Below are positions 38,686-53,534 of a stretch of 64,000 nucleotides of DNA, piece by piece; positions within the stretch are counted from its first letter, which is position 1; the number at the start of each line of letters is the position of its first letter. The position numbers were made by a program, and so were the translations under genes. Source of the stretch: Paraspadella gotoi. Its lineage: Eukaryota; Animalia; Chaetognatha. The notes under the pieces were generated by a model that searched no databases, was not told the origin of the DNA, and saw only the letters and a list, made by a program, of their open reading frames with translations. The DNA lies in contig CM119267.1 in the NCBI GenBank assembly GCA_051294375.1, positions 11,361,865 through 11,425,864 on the forward strand. The letters run 5' to 3'.

Positions 38686-39271
38686 TTTATTCATTAAGAA
38701 GTCTGTTATGATTTGTCATGAATTTGTACAACCAATATAAAAATTATCCATGTTATGTATAATTTGTTATAATCTGTCAAGATCACAAATTTAAAGTCAG
38801 AAAGAATTATTGTGATTTATCATCGGATTAGCAGATTACCACTTAATTATCGCAGGGCAGTTCCGACATTGTTGCTCAATCTTGTTTTTTATCGTCTAGG
38901 CTCGACATCCGGGCTTTCGAAATGAGTTGGTTTTTATAAGATCTTCTATCAGAGTCATATCGGCGAACGTCAGAAAGTCCTGCGGGTATAATATGTCTTT
39001 GTCTTCGTGACTTTTTTTTTTCTCTTCTCGTCGATGTCGGCGTGATACATAATTAAACCGGCGCGGGACATAATTCACGAGACCGCTCCAAATCTGATGC
39101 AATAACTAGAGAGTCTCGATGGCGGTTCAAAAGTTCCTTTTAAAAGCGAATCGCAAAGAAAAAATAATAAACTGCGCAATTTTAAAGAAACATTATCAGT
39201 TTTAATAATCGATCGACAGGCTAGAGCCAGAAATTTTCCCGCTGTCGTCATTAATTGTTGCCATTTCGAAA

Positions 39272-41328
39272 ATGGCGTCTTCGATGATCGAGGAGGCGAA
39301 TCCGTTGTCGAAGCCTCGACGCCGAAATGACGACGCGGCGAGCGACGACACAAACGATTCCATCCCCAACGACGACGGTCCGCCGAAAATTCTCGACCGG
39401 CTTCGTCGTCTCGTCGTCGCGTCGGCTTCTTGCTTTTCGTCGCTGGAAAATCGACGACATTAAACTTTAAACGAATGTGTCGAGCTGAATAAATACTTTA
39501 GAGAGTACCGTCGCGTTCACCCGCAGATGGAAATCGCTCCGCGACAAAACGACGCCCATAACCGTGTTGGCGGAGGTGATGGAAGTCGTGATGGCGAGAA
39601 TGGCGGCGGCGGTGATGAAGCGGACCGACGAGGGCTGCGTCAATGTCATTAGAGACGATCCAATCAAACCAGACCCCGCAATCAACAACCGGAGATAAGT
39701 CTTCCCCGGTCTGAATGCCGAACACACTGGCCGTCCGACATCGACGAGCGCACATCCTCCATGGACTATACAGATTCACTCTGCTACCGTCTTTCTTGCC
39801 GTGGAGGATGGAACCGAATCGGAGCCTTGCAGGTCTCCAGAGTCACGCACCTCGTCGACGCCGGCCGCCCGACCGACAACGCCAACGAAAATGGAGAAAA
39901 CTCCGATGACACGTGGAAACGTCTCGCACGCGTTGATAAAGTCCCATTAGTTACGTCCACGGCGTCAGACGGGCGCATTCGAGCCAGTCGTCAGTGACCG
40001 ACGTTCAACTCACGACGTTTGAGATTCACTTATATTCGACTCCAAGGAACAGTTAGAGCACATTTTAAAATATTTATTATTATAGATTATCACTTCATTA
40101 TATTATTTGTTATTTCAATCAAAATTTTAAGAAAATACTTTCGTATTAAGAAAAATTGCAAGGCTACTTGTTTTACTACAATGTACCAATGTACTGTCGA
40201 TTAATAAAACCTTACTACGCCTAGACCAGATAAAAAAAAATATTATCGAAGAACAAGATACTAAATTTTTAAAAAAATTTACCAAGATGAAGGTCATGTA
40301 AAAAACCAACCACATTTTTAGTTAGAGAGTATTAATTTTCGATTAAATTATTCACTTATATTTTTCGTTGTGTCGGGAATATTTAGTGAAAAAGATTCGA
40401 AGTAAATTTGACTTATTTCAAGTCGTTTTCACTTATATTCTTGATGCGATAATCCTTTCTTTTTCGTTGTATTTATTATTAGAGAAAAAATAAAAATACA
40501 AATACAAATACAAATACAAATTCCAAAACACTTTTGCTTTCTCACTTATGAAAATTTGCAAATTACTTGTTTCACTTTTTCTATTTTTCTATTTTTCTAT
40601 TTAATATTTTTATGAAGGATTTAGTATTTAATCTATATTATTAATCAAACATATATTGCTTTCTTTTTTTTAAAATGTTTTATTTATCTAATAATTCAAT
40701 TTGGGAAGGGGAAGTTCAGTGTTGTCTTCTTGAAATTCTTTATATTTTTTAAAATGATTTAATACAATTTGTTGAATAAATAGCTATTACCCATTACCTA
40801 TTATTAGAAGAGATGTAAGGAATCACGTACAGAAAGTCAGACAGACAACATGCAGCAGATAGCGTGAGACCGATCGCAACACAACTGTTTTCCCTTAAGT
40901 TATTATTAACATTGAAGTTTTTAAACTTGATCCCAACCTCGCAGGTCTTCGTCACCTTTCTCGACCATGCTGGACGACACCGCGCCTTAACAGTCGAACT
41001 CTCAAAAAGGTCGGTATCGCTGGGCGCCGTCGAGCTGCCGCCGACTCCTCCGCTCACGGCCAACGACTCCAGGCGGCTCTCTTCGCCATGCGCTCGAGGG
41101 CGGTACACCACCGCCTGGCCTTCGAGAGCGTGGAGTGGCCAAGCATTACAGGCCGTCGTCGCGGGAGTCAGGAACCCGAATCGGGAGGATCGTCGGGTTG
41201 AAGAGGATGAATCGTCTCCGAGGACGTCTTCACAAATGGAAGATGAGATTTCTCGTTGTTTGCTACATGAGGTGGAAGAGGAAAAGGAGGAGAGCGAGAA
41301 AACAAACATGCTGGCGTGTTTTTTGTAG
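39272..41328 (+). CDS. Orphan two-exon gene, acidic/Ser/Gly-rich N-terminus (exon 1 frameshifted in this copy)
   Basis: Exon 1 MASSMIEEA... is broken here but open at 63127-63924, ending ...FEIHFIFDSK|GTACAG. A phase-0 acceptor CAG|GTC at 40945 opens VFVTFLDHAGRHRALTVELSK.... GC-rich coding-like composition; no recognisable domain. Confidence 0.45.
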
Positions 41329-41858
41329 GGGTGATTACTGATTAGTGATCACTGATGACTGATCTGTAGCGTTCCTTATTCAATGTATATTGTATATATA
41401 TTAAATTTAGTTATAATTTACATCCGGGACTTAGTGGCAGAAATCATTTCTCATTGCGCAAAGATACTTTACTGTGAATAAATGGCGCTTCTGCTTTATG
41501 TTTCTTTGAAATATTTAATACGCACTTTAAATTCACATTCATGCAGGTTAATTTAACTGTTTTTTATTGAAATAATTTATCGTGATCTAAGGTGACCTCG
41601 ACTTTCTTATACGATTTTAAAAGTGATGAGAGTTACAAAAAAGTCTGACCGAGAAATCAAGATAACATTTTAATGAATAAAAATGTTATGATAAAAGAAA
41701 AATATATGTATTTTACCTTTTGTTCGATGAGTAAAGATCGCTAATGAGCTAGATCTTTGTTGTGGACCCGAACGTATTTTTTAGAAATTAATTTTGCCTT
41801 TGAGTTCAGAACGCAAAGTCAAAATCGTTACTTGATTGGCTTGTCTTCAATACGGTGC

Positions 41859-41883
41859 NNNNNNNNNNNNNNNNNNNNNNNNN
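41859..41883. other. 25-N assembly gap at duplication junction
   Basis: 25 N; the sequence after it restarts at the equivalent of position 21634. Confidence 0.95.
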
Positions 41884-44800
41884 CCGGACAGTTATTTGGG
41901 AAAATTTTATCTCAATATGGCGACGTTGAATTTCGGTCGGAAATCATCCAGGCATTGATTTGGACAGGGTTGTTTTTACCTCATCTACCAACTAGTGCTT
42001 TCGGAACTACATCGCTGCGCCAACCATCAACTATGATCTCTATGAGGCGGAAATGCTTCCTCAAGATAGTCGCTCTCCACGAATACTTTTAAAAGTCGGA
42101 TTGAGAAAGCTGTTATCGGTTTGCGTCCCAAGGAAGGGCAAGACGTCGGGAACGCTCAACGCCCGCGCGAGGGCAGTACGAGGAAAGACCGTTCGCGTCT
42201 GAGAAATTACATACTGGAAAAAAAGAGCGGGCAACTCTGCGAAAGCCTCAAGATCAATGAATATCCGCTACAAGCCGCCTGAGGATGCATTTTATTCAAG
42301 ATGGCTCTTGCATCGGAGGCTGACGTTTGGCGGCAGAAATGAACTCTTGGCTTCTCGACTCAAACTCTATCCACGTGCCCAGGCGGCCAATACATTCCTA
42401 AGGAACTCACGACGTCGTTCTCCCTTCCATCATAATAATCAGAAGATGGGATCTTCCACCCATGCTCGACGAGGCAGATTCTCTCAACCGCCGCGAAATC
42501 TTACCAAATCAAAATCTAGAAAATCAACCTAAATCCGCGAAATCTCGGAAAAAAAATCCGCCGGCGCCTCCGGCCCTCAACGGTTCAACCGGGATCACAT
42601 GAAAACTCACAAGTTGGGCCGGCAAAGAGATCGAGGTTGGACCGAGACGAGTGTTTGGGCCATCGGAGATTCGTCGGGTCATCAGAGGCTAGACAGGACG
42701 TTTGACATCAGGCGTTCTGCAGCCTGGTAGCCAAAGTTCCTTCGACGATCTTTGTGCTGGACTCTGAAGACATGGAGATCTTGGACGGGCAACACTTCGG
42801 GATCGAGGTGGACCACATCACAAGAGCCGTCATTCAGTCCTGCGTCGATATTCCAATCTACAAGATCAACCAGATTATCGCACGAGCGCGAATCCTCGAG
42901 GCAGATTATTCGAGAAGAATCAAGAAGGTATGATAGGAAAAAAAGCAAAAAGGAGAAGCTGGGAAGAGCAGGAATCATTTGGTAAGGCGCCGGCATGGAA
43001 AAGTTCAAGGAATGATCGCATGATCTTCCCACCCGGAGAGACGGGCGTCAACATCTTTTTTATCATCACGAGCACTTTCAAGATCATCACCATTCCTTTT
43101 CGTGATTGTCACGCTGCCTTTCTTTCTCGGGTCCTCGACAAAGACAACACGTTCCCGGCCGGCTCTTCGCCTCCCTTCATCATCGTCTTTTACATCTCGT
43201 TCATTATCGAGATCTGCTTCAAGCTTCCACGTCGCTTCATCAGAAGGACACAGCCAAAATTATCCTTTATCCTCTGGTGGTTACAACAATTACAAACGGA
43301 CAAGAACCGGAGCTGCCTTCTCGGACCGGGGATTTCGCTGATTGCCCGATGGGTGTATTATACTTTGGACTGTGCAAGTCTGGGCCGGAACTTGGAGGTG
43401 GAGAGAATGGGGTTTGGCGACCTTCTTGGTGCGCCTGTGATGCTGCTGCCGCTGACCGCCGTCTTCATTCAGATCCATCGAGCGCATTCTTTTTGCTACT
43501 ATTTCAACTGGCCCTTCCCAGGCCCGGACCCCATACAATTTTCATGTTCACAAAGTTTAAGTACGTGACTCGTGCCTTTCACACCATAATCTTTTTTGTC
43601 AGCAAGCCACGGTGCTGTGGAGCAAGTGGGGTGCACCCAACTGGTACCTTGTCCCCTGCCCGTTGCTCAAAGAAACGGATGGACTACGGTGCATGGCACG
43701 TGCCGGCGGCAGGGATGCGGAACGTCGACCGCCCCTATTGTTTGCACGCTTGGTCCTTCACGGCCCCCCCGTCGCTCGGTTTCCGGCGGTTTATTACGAG
43801 GATATTGCTACCTCACAATCTGTGCGGGAAATGATTGTCGTCGTTATTTTGATGATTGGATTTTACGCTTATAACGAAGGCCCAAAAATTCAGGTTGAGA
43901 AAGTTGATCCATAGTGTGAAAGTGTCTTTCATAGCTGCTAACAATAACCTTTTAAAATTCTTATCATTGAAAGCTTATGATTCGTTTTCATTCTAACTCA
44001 AGGAATAATAATATAAAAACTCTCCTCTATTTGTGAAGAAAAAAAAGGAACAAACTCAAATTTATTTTTTCATTTATTGTCTCAAGGCGACGTGGTGACC
44101 TCAATGTACGCGTTCATCGCCCAGGCAGCAGGACAAGGAAGGAAGAGGAGTCGCAAGATAGGCCTTCCACATGGAGACTTCTAAGCTGAACAAGTCGCTT
44201 GCCAACAGAATCCAGCGGGTTACTTGAAGGTTGATTTGTTGAAAAATTGTGCTTGTTTGCCCTTTTCTTGGTTTCCTTGGTTTTTGTTTGGGTGGTTTTC
44301 TTTCTTTTCTTTCTTTCTTTCTTTCTTCTTTCTTTTCTTTCTTTCTTTCTTTCTTTCTTTTCTTTCTTTCTTTCAACCCATTTTCCTTCTTTTTCTCCTC
44401 AACCCCAAGGGTTCACTACGCGACGGTGGGGAATGACTCTCCTTTCCAAGAGATTTCTCCCCGACCTTCACCACCTTGCCTTCGCCAAGATTGTCAGCAC
44501 GTCCATCGCCGGCGACTTCTCTCCAAGATTTCGTCCTTGCGCTCTGTCAACTTCCGATGGAGTGCGACGCTACTTGTTCCACCTCATCCGTCGCGGAAAA
44601 CGCCTCTCATCTCCGGGGACGAAGATTCACTCCAGGCGCTGGGCAGGTAAGGTTCGGCGGAGTGGGTCGGTTTCAAGGGTTAAAAATCTTTGTTGTGTAT
44701 TAAGTTTTTAAAAGGTAAAATTGTTTTTTTTTTTTTTTCTTCACTTTTAGCATTTTTTAAAAACATAAAAAAAATTCTTTCGGCGCAGTTTGCACCGTCC

Positions 44801-46405
44801 TGTTGTTAATCAAATATCTAGCTTAAAATTTAAAACAATAAAATTTTCCAATATATGTTGCGCCGCAGTTACTTTGTTTTCATTCACTGTATTGCCCTTT
44901 GATCAAAATGATATGACATGACAGGCATGAACATGAACTAAAGAACTTTCTTTGCCTGTGTGTTTATGACATTCACTGCATCAAAAATTAAAACCGTTTT
45001 TTTCAGTCCCTTAGTTGAGATTTTTTTTCTGTTCTTTTATCGAATTGAGCAACCAACTATAGGTAATTATATGCATTTTTATCATAAGTGGGGAAAAGAG
45101 AACGACAAGAGACATACCGATTGGACCGACCGGACAGAACGGACGGACAGCCTGGACCCGACACCAGAACGACCGAAAAAGAGACTTTTAGAGTTGCTCC
45201 GCGAGTATTTCGATGGCCCGCAACTAATAAAATTCACTTTAAGTAAACGAAAAAATTTAAACTTCATTAATAAGCTAAAAATATAATTTTATTAAAACAA
45301 TTTTATTTGACATTGAGAAGGTAATCTGCACAAATGACTTGTAATCTTACTTTCTTCCCTAGGGTTCTCGACCGGACGCCTTTTTACTACCGTCACTTCC
45401 GGTCTCAAGCCTTGCTCGGTATCGGGCCGCCGTCAGGAATTTCGTACTTTCCCGGAGTGTGAGACCCGGCGAACAAGTGGTGTGCGTGAACCCGCCGTGC
45501 CGGATATCCGACTCGGCCGCGCCTTCCTTTCGACTGCCTTGCGTTGGTGCAACACGGACCATCTTCCTCAATCGACATGGCTGACCATCCAGCCGCGGGG
45601 GTTCCTGCCTGCGGGCTGCTGGCGCTGGAGACGTGGACGCGGCGGAGAAATCGATCCCCGCTCCGTCGCTCACGACCACGACACGACGTTGATGAAAAAA
45701 CCGAGAATGAGCGCGTCGCGGATCCGGAGAATGGAAGAGAGGGATCCTTCGTCGTCAGGGAGGAAGAGGAGGATATGAAGAGGAGGCAGGAGGAAGAAGA
45801 TGATGAGCGTCGACAAAGAAGGAAACCGGAAACGAAAAACAAAAAGAAAATTGAGAAAAGTTGGGAAGGGAAAAGACGACGGGGCATCAAGAGGTGAGAG
45901 GTTGGAAAAAAAAAAAACTACTTTATTAACGCGAAAAAAAGCGACGAGGGAAAGACGAAGATATCGAACGAAAAACAAACAACAACAAAAGCGCCGCTTT
46001 CCTCTGCCAAAAGATGACCCTCCTCTCTTCCTCTTCCTCCTCCTCACCTCCTCCTCATCCTCCAACAATCGAACGCGACGAGAAACCAACGCCAAAACCG
46101 AACAGCACGTAAAATAAGAACCGAAGATTTTCGGGAAAGGCGGGGTCGCGGGTCAATGGTCATTGGTTCGCGGTCGGCACCGTGACGTCATTAATTACAA
46201 TTCTCATCCCCCCCAACCCTTCCCTCCGGGGGAGCTGGCAGAGTATAACTATAATAAACACGTAATTATTCTGTTACATTTTCCTTCGCGCTTTAATGAC
46301 GACCCCCCCGCAATTTCTCGTCGTCGGCCTGGTTTTTGATTTTTTCCCCAGAGTTGCCTCTTCAATTAATTCCCTCGGCTATCGCCCAAAAAAAAGCGCT
46401 CTCTC

Positions 46406-46438
<33 letters not shown>

Positions 46439-49400
46439 TCTCTCTCTCCTCTCTCTCTACTCTTCTCTCTCTCTCTCGCTCTCTGTGAAAAAGCAATTTC
46501 TCATCCGCCGACACGTTAAGCTCCTTTCCGCCATTTGTTATGACGGAATCATTTTTTCTTGTTCTCGTTCTTCGTTTTCTTCGTTTTTCTTTTCATCTCT
46601 CTCTCTCTCTCTCTCCTCTCTCTCTGTCTCTCCTTCTCTCTCTTCATCTCTCTCTCTCTTCTCTCTTTCCGTCGGGGGGCGCGGCACAGGTCGTCGCACT
46701 CGGGAATCCGCCAGGACCAAGTCGGTGTCAACCGGTCATCGACCCATTGCGGGACCTCTGCCGACCCAGGGAACGGCGCCGCCAGCCACCGTGAGATTTG
46801 CTTTGGATGTAGGGTGTTGTTTCCTCCTTGTTATTGTTTGGTTGTTTGTTCTGTTTATGGGAAAAATCGTAAATAAGCCTAATAAAATGTGTGTTGACTC
46901 ATGCGTTTTCAAATTCATAGTCTGATTTTGACTTGTTTATTACCTGGTTTTTTTCAAGTAATGATGTCTTGTCTCGTTGGTTAACTGTTTTAGTGCATCC
47001 AATTAGCCTGGGGACCAGGCTTTGCGAGGACGTAGAGAAAAAATACTGGTTTGGACCGTTAATATGAGTAATGAGTGATCACGGGATTTTAATAAATAAT
47101 TACTTGTTAATCAAAAGTTAAGGTTTTCACAACTCTTTATGTTTTTTTTTTTTTGACTTCCCAGGACAACGCAAACCACAGGAACGGCGCCCCGATGAGT
47201 AATAAGCCACATCCAAAATATAAAATGTAAGTCTTAATTACCAATGATTTACACAACATACAAAAACAATAAAAACAACTTCCAAAACAACCGCAACAAC
47301 GGGACAGCAACCTCAACGACCCAATCACAACGACGTCTCCAAGCCTTCAGTAACCTCCCATTGAACCCGCTCTTTGCCAGCCCCGTTTGGCGTCGCTGAT
47401 TGCAGGAGGCCGTAAGCCCGTTCGAAGCGATCGCCGAACAAAGAAGCCAAAACCTTCTGTGGACGAGCGTCGTCTCAAGCGGCTCAAGAGGAAGAGGAGG
47501 GGAAAACAGGCGACAGCCACCGACCTCTTCGAGACGACGAGCGACGACCCGTCGCGACGGACGAACTCATGATGGCGCGGCCGATCGCTTCAACGAGACT
47601 CTTGACGTCAACATCAAACTCCGTTCTTGGGGAGAGAGCGAGAGTGGGTCGATCGGACAATATATCATTCAATCAATTCAATCAAATCAATCAATCTTTC
47701 AATCAATCATCAATACTATCAATCTATAAACTTTTTTTAAAACGTGGCCAGCGTCTACTCGGCACTGGAGAAAATGGTTCCGAAAATTTGAATAAGATTA
47801 ATCCGCTGATTCATTCAAAGTCGGCGCTCATCATTTGGCCAAGAAGCTTGCTCTGGCTCCTGCTTGCTGGAGCGAGAACATGGCTCTCAACTCCTACCGG
47901 TGACTAAAACTCCTTTTTATTAAAATTAATTTTTCTTTTAATAAAATAAATAGCAGTTGGGTTTTCATTCTTTTTTCGATTTAGAAAGCAGTAGAAGGAG
48001 AAGGAAACCAATTGAAGAACGGAAAAGACACCGCTTAAAATCGGCGGCCGTTGAGGGTTAAGTTGAGATTGAAGGAAATCAAAAAGAAAGAAGAGAAAGA
48101 GAAAAAATAAAGAAGAGGCAACGATTTTATCGATTTCTTCAGCAGCGGACAACTGCCGGAGGAAATCCAGAACTGAACCATCAGAGTCTCAAGGAGACTA
48201 AACCTGTCGATTCAGCCCCGCCGCGGACCCTCTTAAAAAAATGTTCAGTCTCCTGACTTTAGTGATTCGTCGTCGTTTAATGTGTTATCGTAACTTATTC
48301 GTAGGTCAAATTAAAATGCATGTGGATCAAAGTGTTTTTATTTTAGAGGTTGCATTCTCATTTTTTTGTTGTTTAGTTGCTAATGGTCTGTTAGTACAAA
48401 ACTTATAAATAAGTAGTAATATTTTTCAATCTTTTCACACATTAAAATGCATAAGATTGATAATGCATAAAAGCATATCGATCGAAATAAAAAATTTACA
48501 TCTCGACTACGAACCAAATGTTAAAGTAGTATTCATGTATTTACCACTTTCGTACAAAATTCGTTTTCTTTCTGCTCGTGAATTCGATCGCTTTTTATAT
48601 GGACGACGCCCAACAGAGGTTGCACAAGTAACGCGGCCTCTTCGATTCTATCCCGATGACGTCGCGGCGCTCCTACGCCGCGCGCCACCTGAACCGAATA
48701 CGACGATCATTGCCAAATGACGACGACGACGACGACGACGGACGACGACGACGACGACGGACGACACCTCGAGCCTTATAAAAACGTCATTGATCGTCCG
48801 TCGTCTCGTCACCTGCCCTTTTTTTTGGCTTTTCCCAAAGAACATCTGACGCGCAAAGAAAGAGAAAGTCTCTACTGGCGGCGCCCCGGCTTTCGGCTCA
48901 ACCCATTCGCCCATCACGTCCTCGTTCGCCGATTTCCTTTTCGAGGGCGCCGGCGTTTTGTCAGTTGTTGTTTGTTGTGCTCAGTTTTATTTTGATAAAT
49001 TCATTTTTTTTTGCGGCAATGTTTGCCCCCCCTGTTTTTTGGATTAGAGCTAACTTTTACAGGAACCGCGTCGTTTTTGAAAGGATCTAGTCGATTAACC
49101 TCTTTAGCGATATCCGATGTCGGTAAACGTGAAAGTCATTTCGTTTATCCTTCACGAAGTTCACAAGTTAGTTGAAAAATCGAAAACGTAAGCGGCCTCA
49201 AAATAAGAGAGTTGTGCATCGTCTCTCGTCGTTTCGTCGTCGTCCTCACTTGGCTCGACGTTACGAAACGTGAAACGTTTTTGAATTAAAAACCCAAAAT
49301 AAGGGAATGAATCAATGCAACCAGTGTCGTCATTGACTGAGAGGAATTCGGTATCATTTTTTCGTTTTTGAGTGTGGTTTGATGCGCGGTGTGGAGAGAA

Positions 49401-49956
49401 GAGAGAGGGAGAGAGGAAGACGAGAGAGTGAGAGAAAGATCGAGACAGAGAGAGAGAGAGAGCTCTTATAAATTGAGATGCCCACCTTAAAAAGATTTCT
49501 TCCGAAAAAAAAAACTACCCATGGAAGAATTCAACATTATTAAACTTTATTTTAATTTTAACATTAAATTTTCACTTTAACTTAATTTAATTCCTTATCT
49601 TTCCAACATGACCTAAAATTTTTATTCCGGTTCGAGTCATAAATTTCTCCAATTGAACTTTGCGCGGAATTCCGCTCAATCCCACGATTGAAATTACCTT
49701 CACGCTATCGCTCTCACGTCACGAATGTAAGATTGTACCAGATCCTCCACGATTCATCCACGTTTCTCACAGAATTTCTCGTATTTGTTTTATTTTACAG
49801 TGGGATAATTTCTCAGAAGTTTAGACGGCTTAGGCAATTTCTTTCTTAGTATAGTGTTTGAATTGAAGACCAAACCTGCGCGAAATCGACTGGAAAAGAA
49901 TCATTTAAACATACACACAGTGTCACCAACACACACACTCTCTCTCTGCTCAATCT

Positions 49957-50000
<44 letters not shown>

Positions 50001-52261
50001 TCTTTCTCTCTCTCTCTTTCTCTGTCTCTCTTCTCTCTCTCTCTCTCTCTCTCTCTCCTCTCTTCTCTCTCTCTCTCTCTCTCTCTCTCACTTTCTCTCT
50101 CTTCTCATTCTCGTTTTCTGCTGGCCTTCGTCGTCAAAATCCATTCCGGCGACGAGATAAAAAGCTTCCGAATTTGCCTCTTTACTCTTCGTCGTCGTCT
50201 TCGTCTTCGTCGTCGTCTTCGAAACGTCGGTCAAATCTCGGACCCGAGCCACAGTAGACAGATAAGAAAAAAGCGACCGTTTTCCGAGCCGATGACGTAT
50301 ATAATGGTACTTCGTTCCCCTTTCGGTCATCGGGTCTTCCGTCGTCGTCGTCGCTTCGTCGGTGCGGCGCTCAGAACCTATTTTACACTTACCAATTCTT
50401 CGTTTAAATATTGATAATTTTATTTTTTAAAACAAAAAAAAAAAAACTTGAAAAAATATTAATCGCAATTGTCATCGGAATGAGAGAGCTTTTTTCCCTC
50501 GCGAAGGTTAAACCCCAACGCTTCCGTGGAGAAATCCTCATCAGCCTCGAGTCGTCGACAGATGAAGAGGGAAGATCTTTTTCTTGAAGGAAAAAAAAGG
50601 AGGAGCCGTGACGAGAACTGTCGCGCACGCGAATCGAGAAAGAAGAGAGAGAGAGAGAGAGAGAGAAAAAAAAATAGTTAACGACCGAGAAAAATTCTCG
50701 AACGAAATCGAAAACAAAATTTTAAACGTTGCTCCTCTCTCCTAGCTTGTCTCTCCTCTATTCGACATGACATACTTTTTTGTCCACAGCGCAAAACGAG
50801 AACAACTCAACCAAAAAAGACTTTCGCCATGACTTCGCCGTCGCCCTCGTCGACGATCCCTTCCACCCTCAGTCCCTCGTCGTCTCCACGTTCGGCACAA
50901 CTTTCCGCCTTCTCCCACCGCCGCCTCCCTTTCCCACAAAACGCCACTTTCCTACCCACCAACGCCACCTTCCTACCCACCAAACGCCCTTATTACCACC
51001 AACGGCCTCTTCCAAACGCCTCCACCGGGTGCGACGGCCCTCGTCAACCACCACGACTTTCAACCGCCGGCAAGCGTCGCCGCTTTTCTCTCCAATCTCC
51101 CCAACGTGCTGCTGCTGCTGACGTTTCGGGCTGGCGCGGCGCCGGGACAAGGCGGCGCCGATGGGCGTGGTTCACTTCAAGATCCTCGCCTTTGCTAGAC
51201 ATCAGCTACGGAGTCGTCGATACGCTCGCCGACTTTCCCTTCAAAAAAGTTTTGGGGTAAAAGATGACATGTGATGACGATGATGATAACGAGGATGATG
51301 GTGATGATGATGATTGTCATGAATATTGGCAATCTGCATCTATCTTTCTCCACTCTTCTGGTCTCACTGTCTGTCTTTTTGAAAGATCGTGATGAGGATA
51401 AAACATTTTGAGTTACTTGAAATCTCCGCTCCCATATCTACTTTGCCTATCGTTCTGGTATTTTCTTCCGGATATCCCGCTGCGCAACATTTTTTATTTG
51501 CGGCTCTGCCCGCGACTCAATAAAATACGCTTACCGTCGATCTGACTTCAGTCTAGGTTAATCCATCTGTTTTCTCTGTTTTATTCTATCTTTCTATATT
51601 TCTATCTTTCTATCTCGAACATCAGGAAAGGCGTAACGCCTTTTTTGAGCTCTTGCACTGCAACAATGAGAAAGCAACAGTGCAGAAAGAGCCGAAGCGA
51701 TCTCGCTGTTAATTTTTTCTCGCTCTATTGATTAAAGAACATCAAAAAATAATTCTCGAACCGTAACTTAAAGAAAGCCTCAACTATAGTTTCTCTTGTT
51801 ATCTTTTACTTAAAATACGTAGATGTAAAAAAAATTTTTAAACTCCAGGCAGTTTAAACCTAAAGTCTCTTAATGTTCCCCAAGGAAATAATTGATCGAT
51901 TCGGGCAGATTTAAAACCATTGTTCGTCAATTAAACATCAGTCCGTGTTATCATAGCACCGTGCCTCGACGGGGTTTCTTCGGTTTTAAAAAGGCATCGG
52001 CGACACGCAGAACCGTTTACACACTGGGTCTTGAAGCGAGAGAAAAACTTCAACTTAATACAATAATGCCGTGGTTAAGGTTGGGGCTGGTTAGAAGAAA
52101 GAAAGAAAAAGAAAAAGAAAAGAAAAGAAAGTAAGAAAGAATAAAAGAAAGAAAGAAAAGAAAGAAAGAAATAAAGGAAAGAAGAAGAAAGATAAGAAAG
52201 AAAGAAAAGATCAAAAAAGACAGAAAGAAAAAAGAAGAAAGAAACAAAGAAAAGAGAGAGG

Positions 52262-52304
<43 letters not shown>

Positions 52305-52756
52305 TTTTTCGAGCCGTCATCCTTTTTAAGTCTTCATTGTTCGCGGTCGCCGAGTCGGAAGCTGGGTTGAAGGGGATTTAGGTCGCGTCTCTCCTCGTCG
52401 CCTTGACAAGGATTTGGTTGCGAACCCGGAAGAATTCCACGCTAATTAATACTACGTAATCTTTAATAACCTCGCGATGATCAGTGTGTAAATTGAAAAA
52501 ATCCTTGAAAAAGTTTCAAAACCTGTTGTTGATCTGGAATTATTAATAACTGTTTGAAGCTTCTGCTTCTATGCGTAGCACGTAGTACTTCATTTGAACC
52601 GGCATGATCGATCTAGTATTAACAATATTTATGTATAGTAATCGTATGAAAGTTTGCACAAATGTTTACAATCGGATAAAATGAGTCAAAAGCCCAAATG
52701 TTTGTTTATCCTCTTCCCCAGCTCCGAAGTGGACTGCTCCGCGTTCGAGATCTTCG
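41884..52756 (+). repeat. Indel-riddled direct copy of 21634-32146 (channel 3' half, acidic exons, GPCR exon 1); probable raw long-read/haplotype artefact
   Basis: Collinear match throughout (CCGGACAGTT... to ...GCGTTCGAGAT.TTCG) with dense 1-2 nt indels in exons and introns alike. Bounded by 25-N gaps. Confidence 0.9.
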
Positions 52757-53239
52757 NNNNNNNNNNNNNNNNNNNNNNNNNCTCTTTCTCTCATTCTCGT
52801 TTTTGCTGGCCCCTCCGTCGCAAAATCCATTCGGCGGACGAGAATAAAAGGAGCTTCGATTTTGCCTCTTACCTCTTCGTCACGTCGTCTATCCGTTCTT
52901 CTCCGGTTTTTCTTCTTCGTCGTCCGTCTTTCCGTCGTCGGGTCGTCAAATCTCGCCCCAGCCCGCAGTAAAGAAGAAAAAGAGGACCGTTTCCCGAGCC
53001 GATGCTCGTAATAATGGTCTTTTCGTCCCCTTTCGTCATCGTCTTTCGTATCGTCAGCAGTCGGGCTTCGTCGTGCGTGCAGCCGATCAGAATTTTACGA
53101 TTACAACTTCTTCGTTTAAATTTTATTGGATTTAATAAAGAAATAAAAAAACAAAAAAATAAAAAAAGCACAAAGAAAAAAAAACTGAAAAAATATTAAA
53201 TATTCCAAATTTGTCATTCGGAATGGAAAGGCTCATTGC

Positions 53240-53247
53240 GGTTTTTC

Positions 53248-53286
<39 letters not shown>

Positions 53287-53380
53287 TTTTTCCATTCGTT
53301 TTTCTTTTTTATTTTTTTTTTTTACTTTTCTTTTTTTTTTTTATTTTTTTTTTTTTTTCTGTTTTCTGGGCATTTTTTTT

Positions 53381-53413
<33 letters not shown>

Positions 53414-53503
53414 TCCCCCCCATTTTTTGTTTCTTTTTTCTTTTTTTTTTTTTTTTTTTTTTTTCTTTTTTTTTTTTTCCGCCCCCCCCTTTTTTTTTGT
53501 TTT

Positions 53504-53534
<31 letters not shown>

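Noticed and set aside
41884-46250. Second channel paralogue or pseudogene
   Set aside because: It starts mid-exon at an N-gap and differs mainly by random indels; better explained as raw-read or haplotype duplication.
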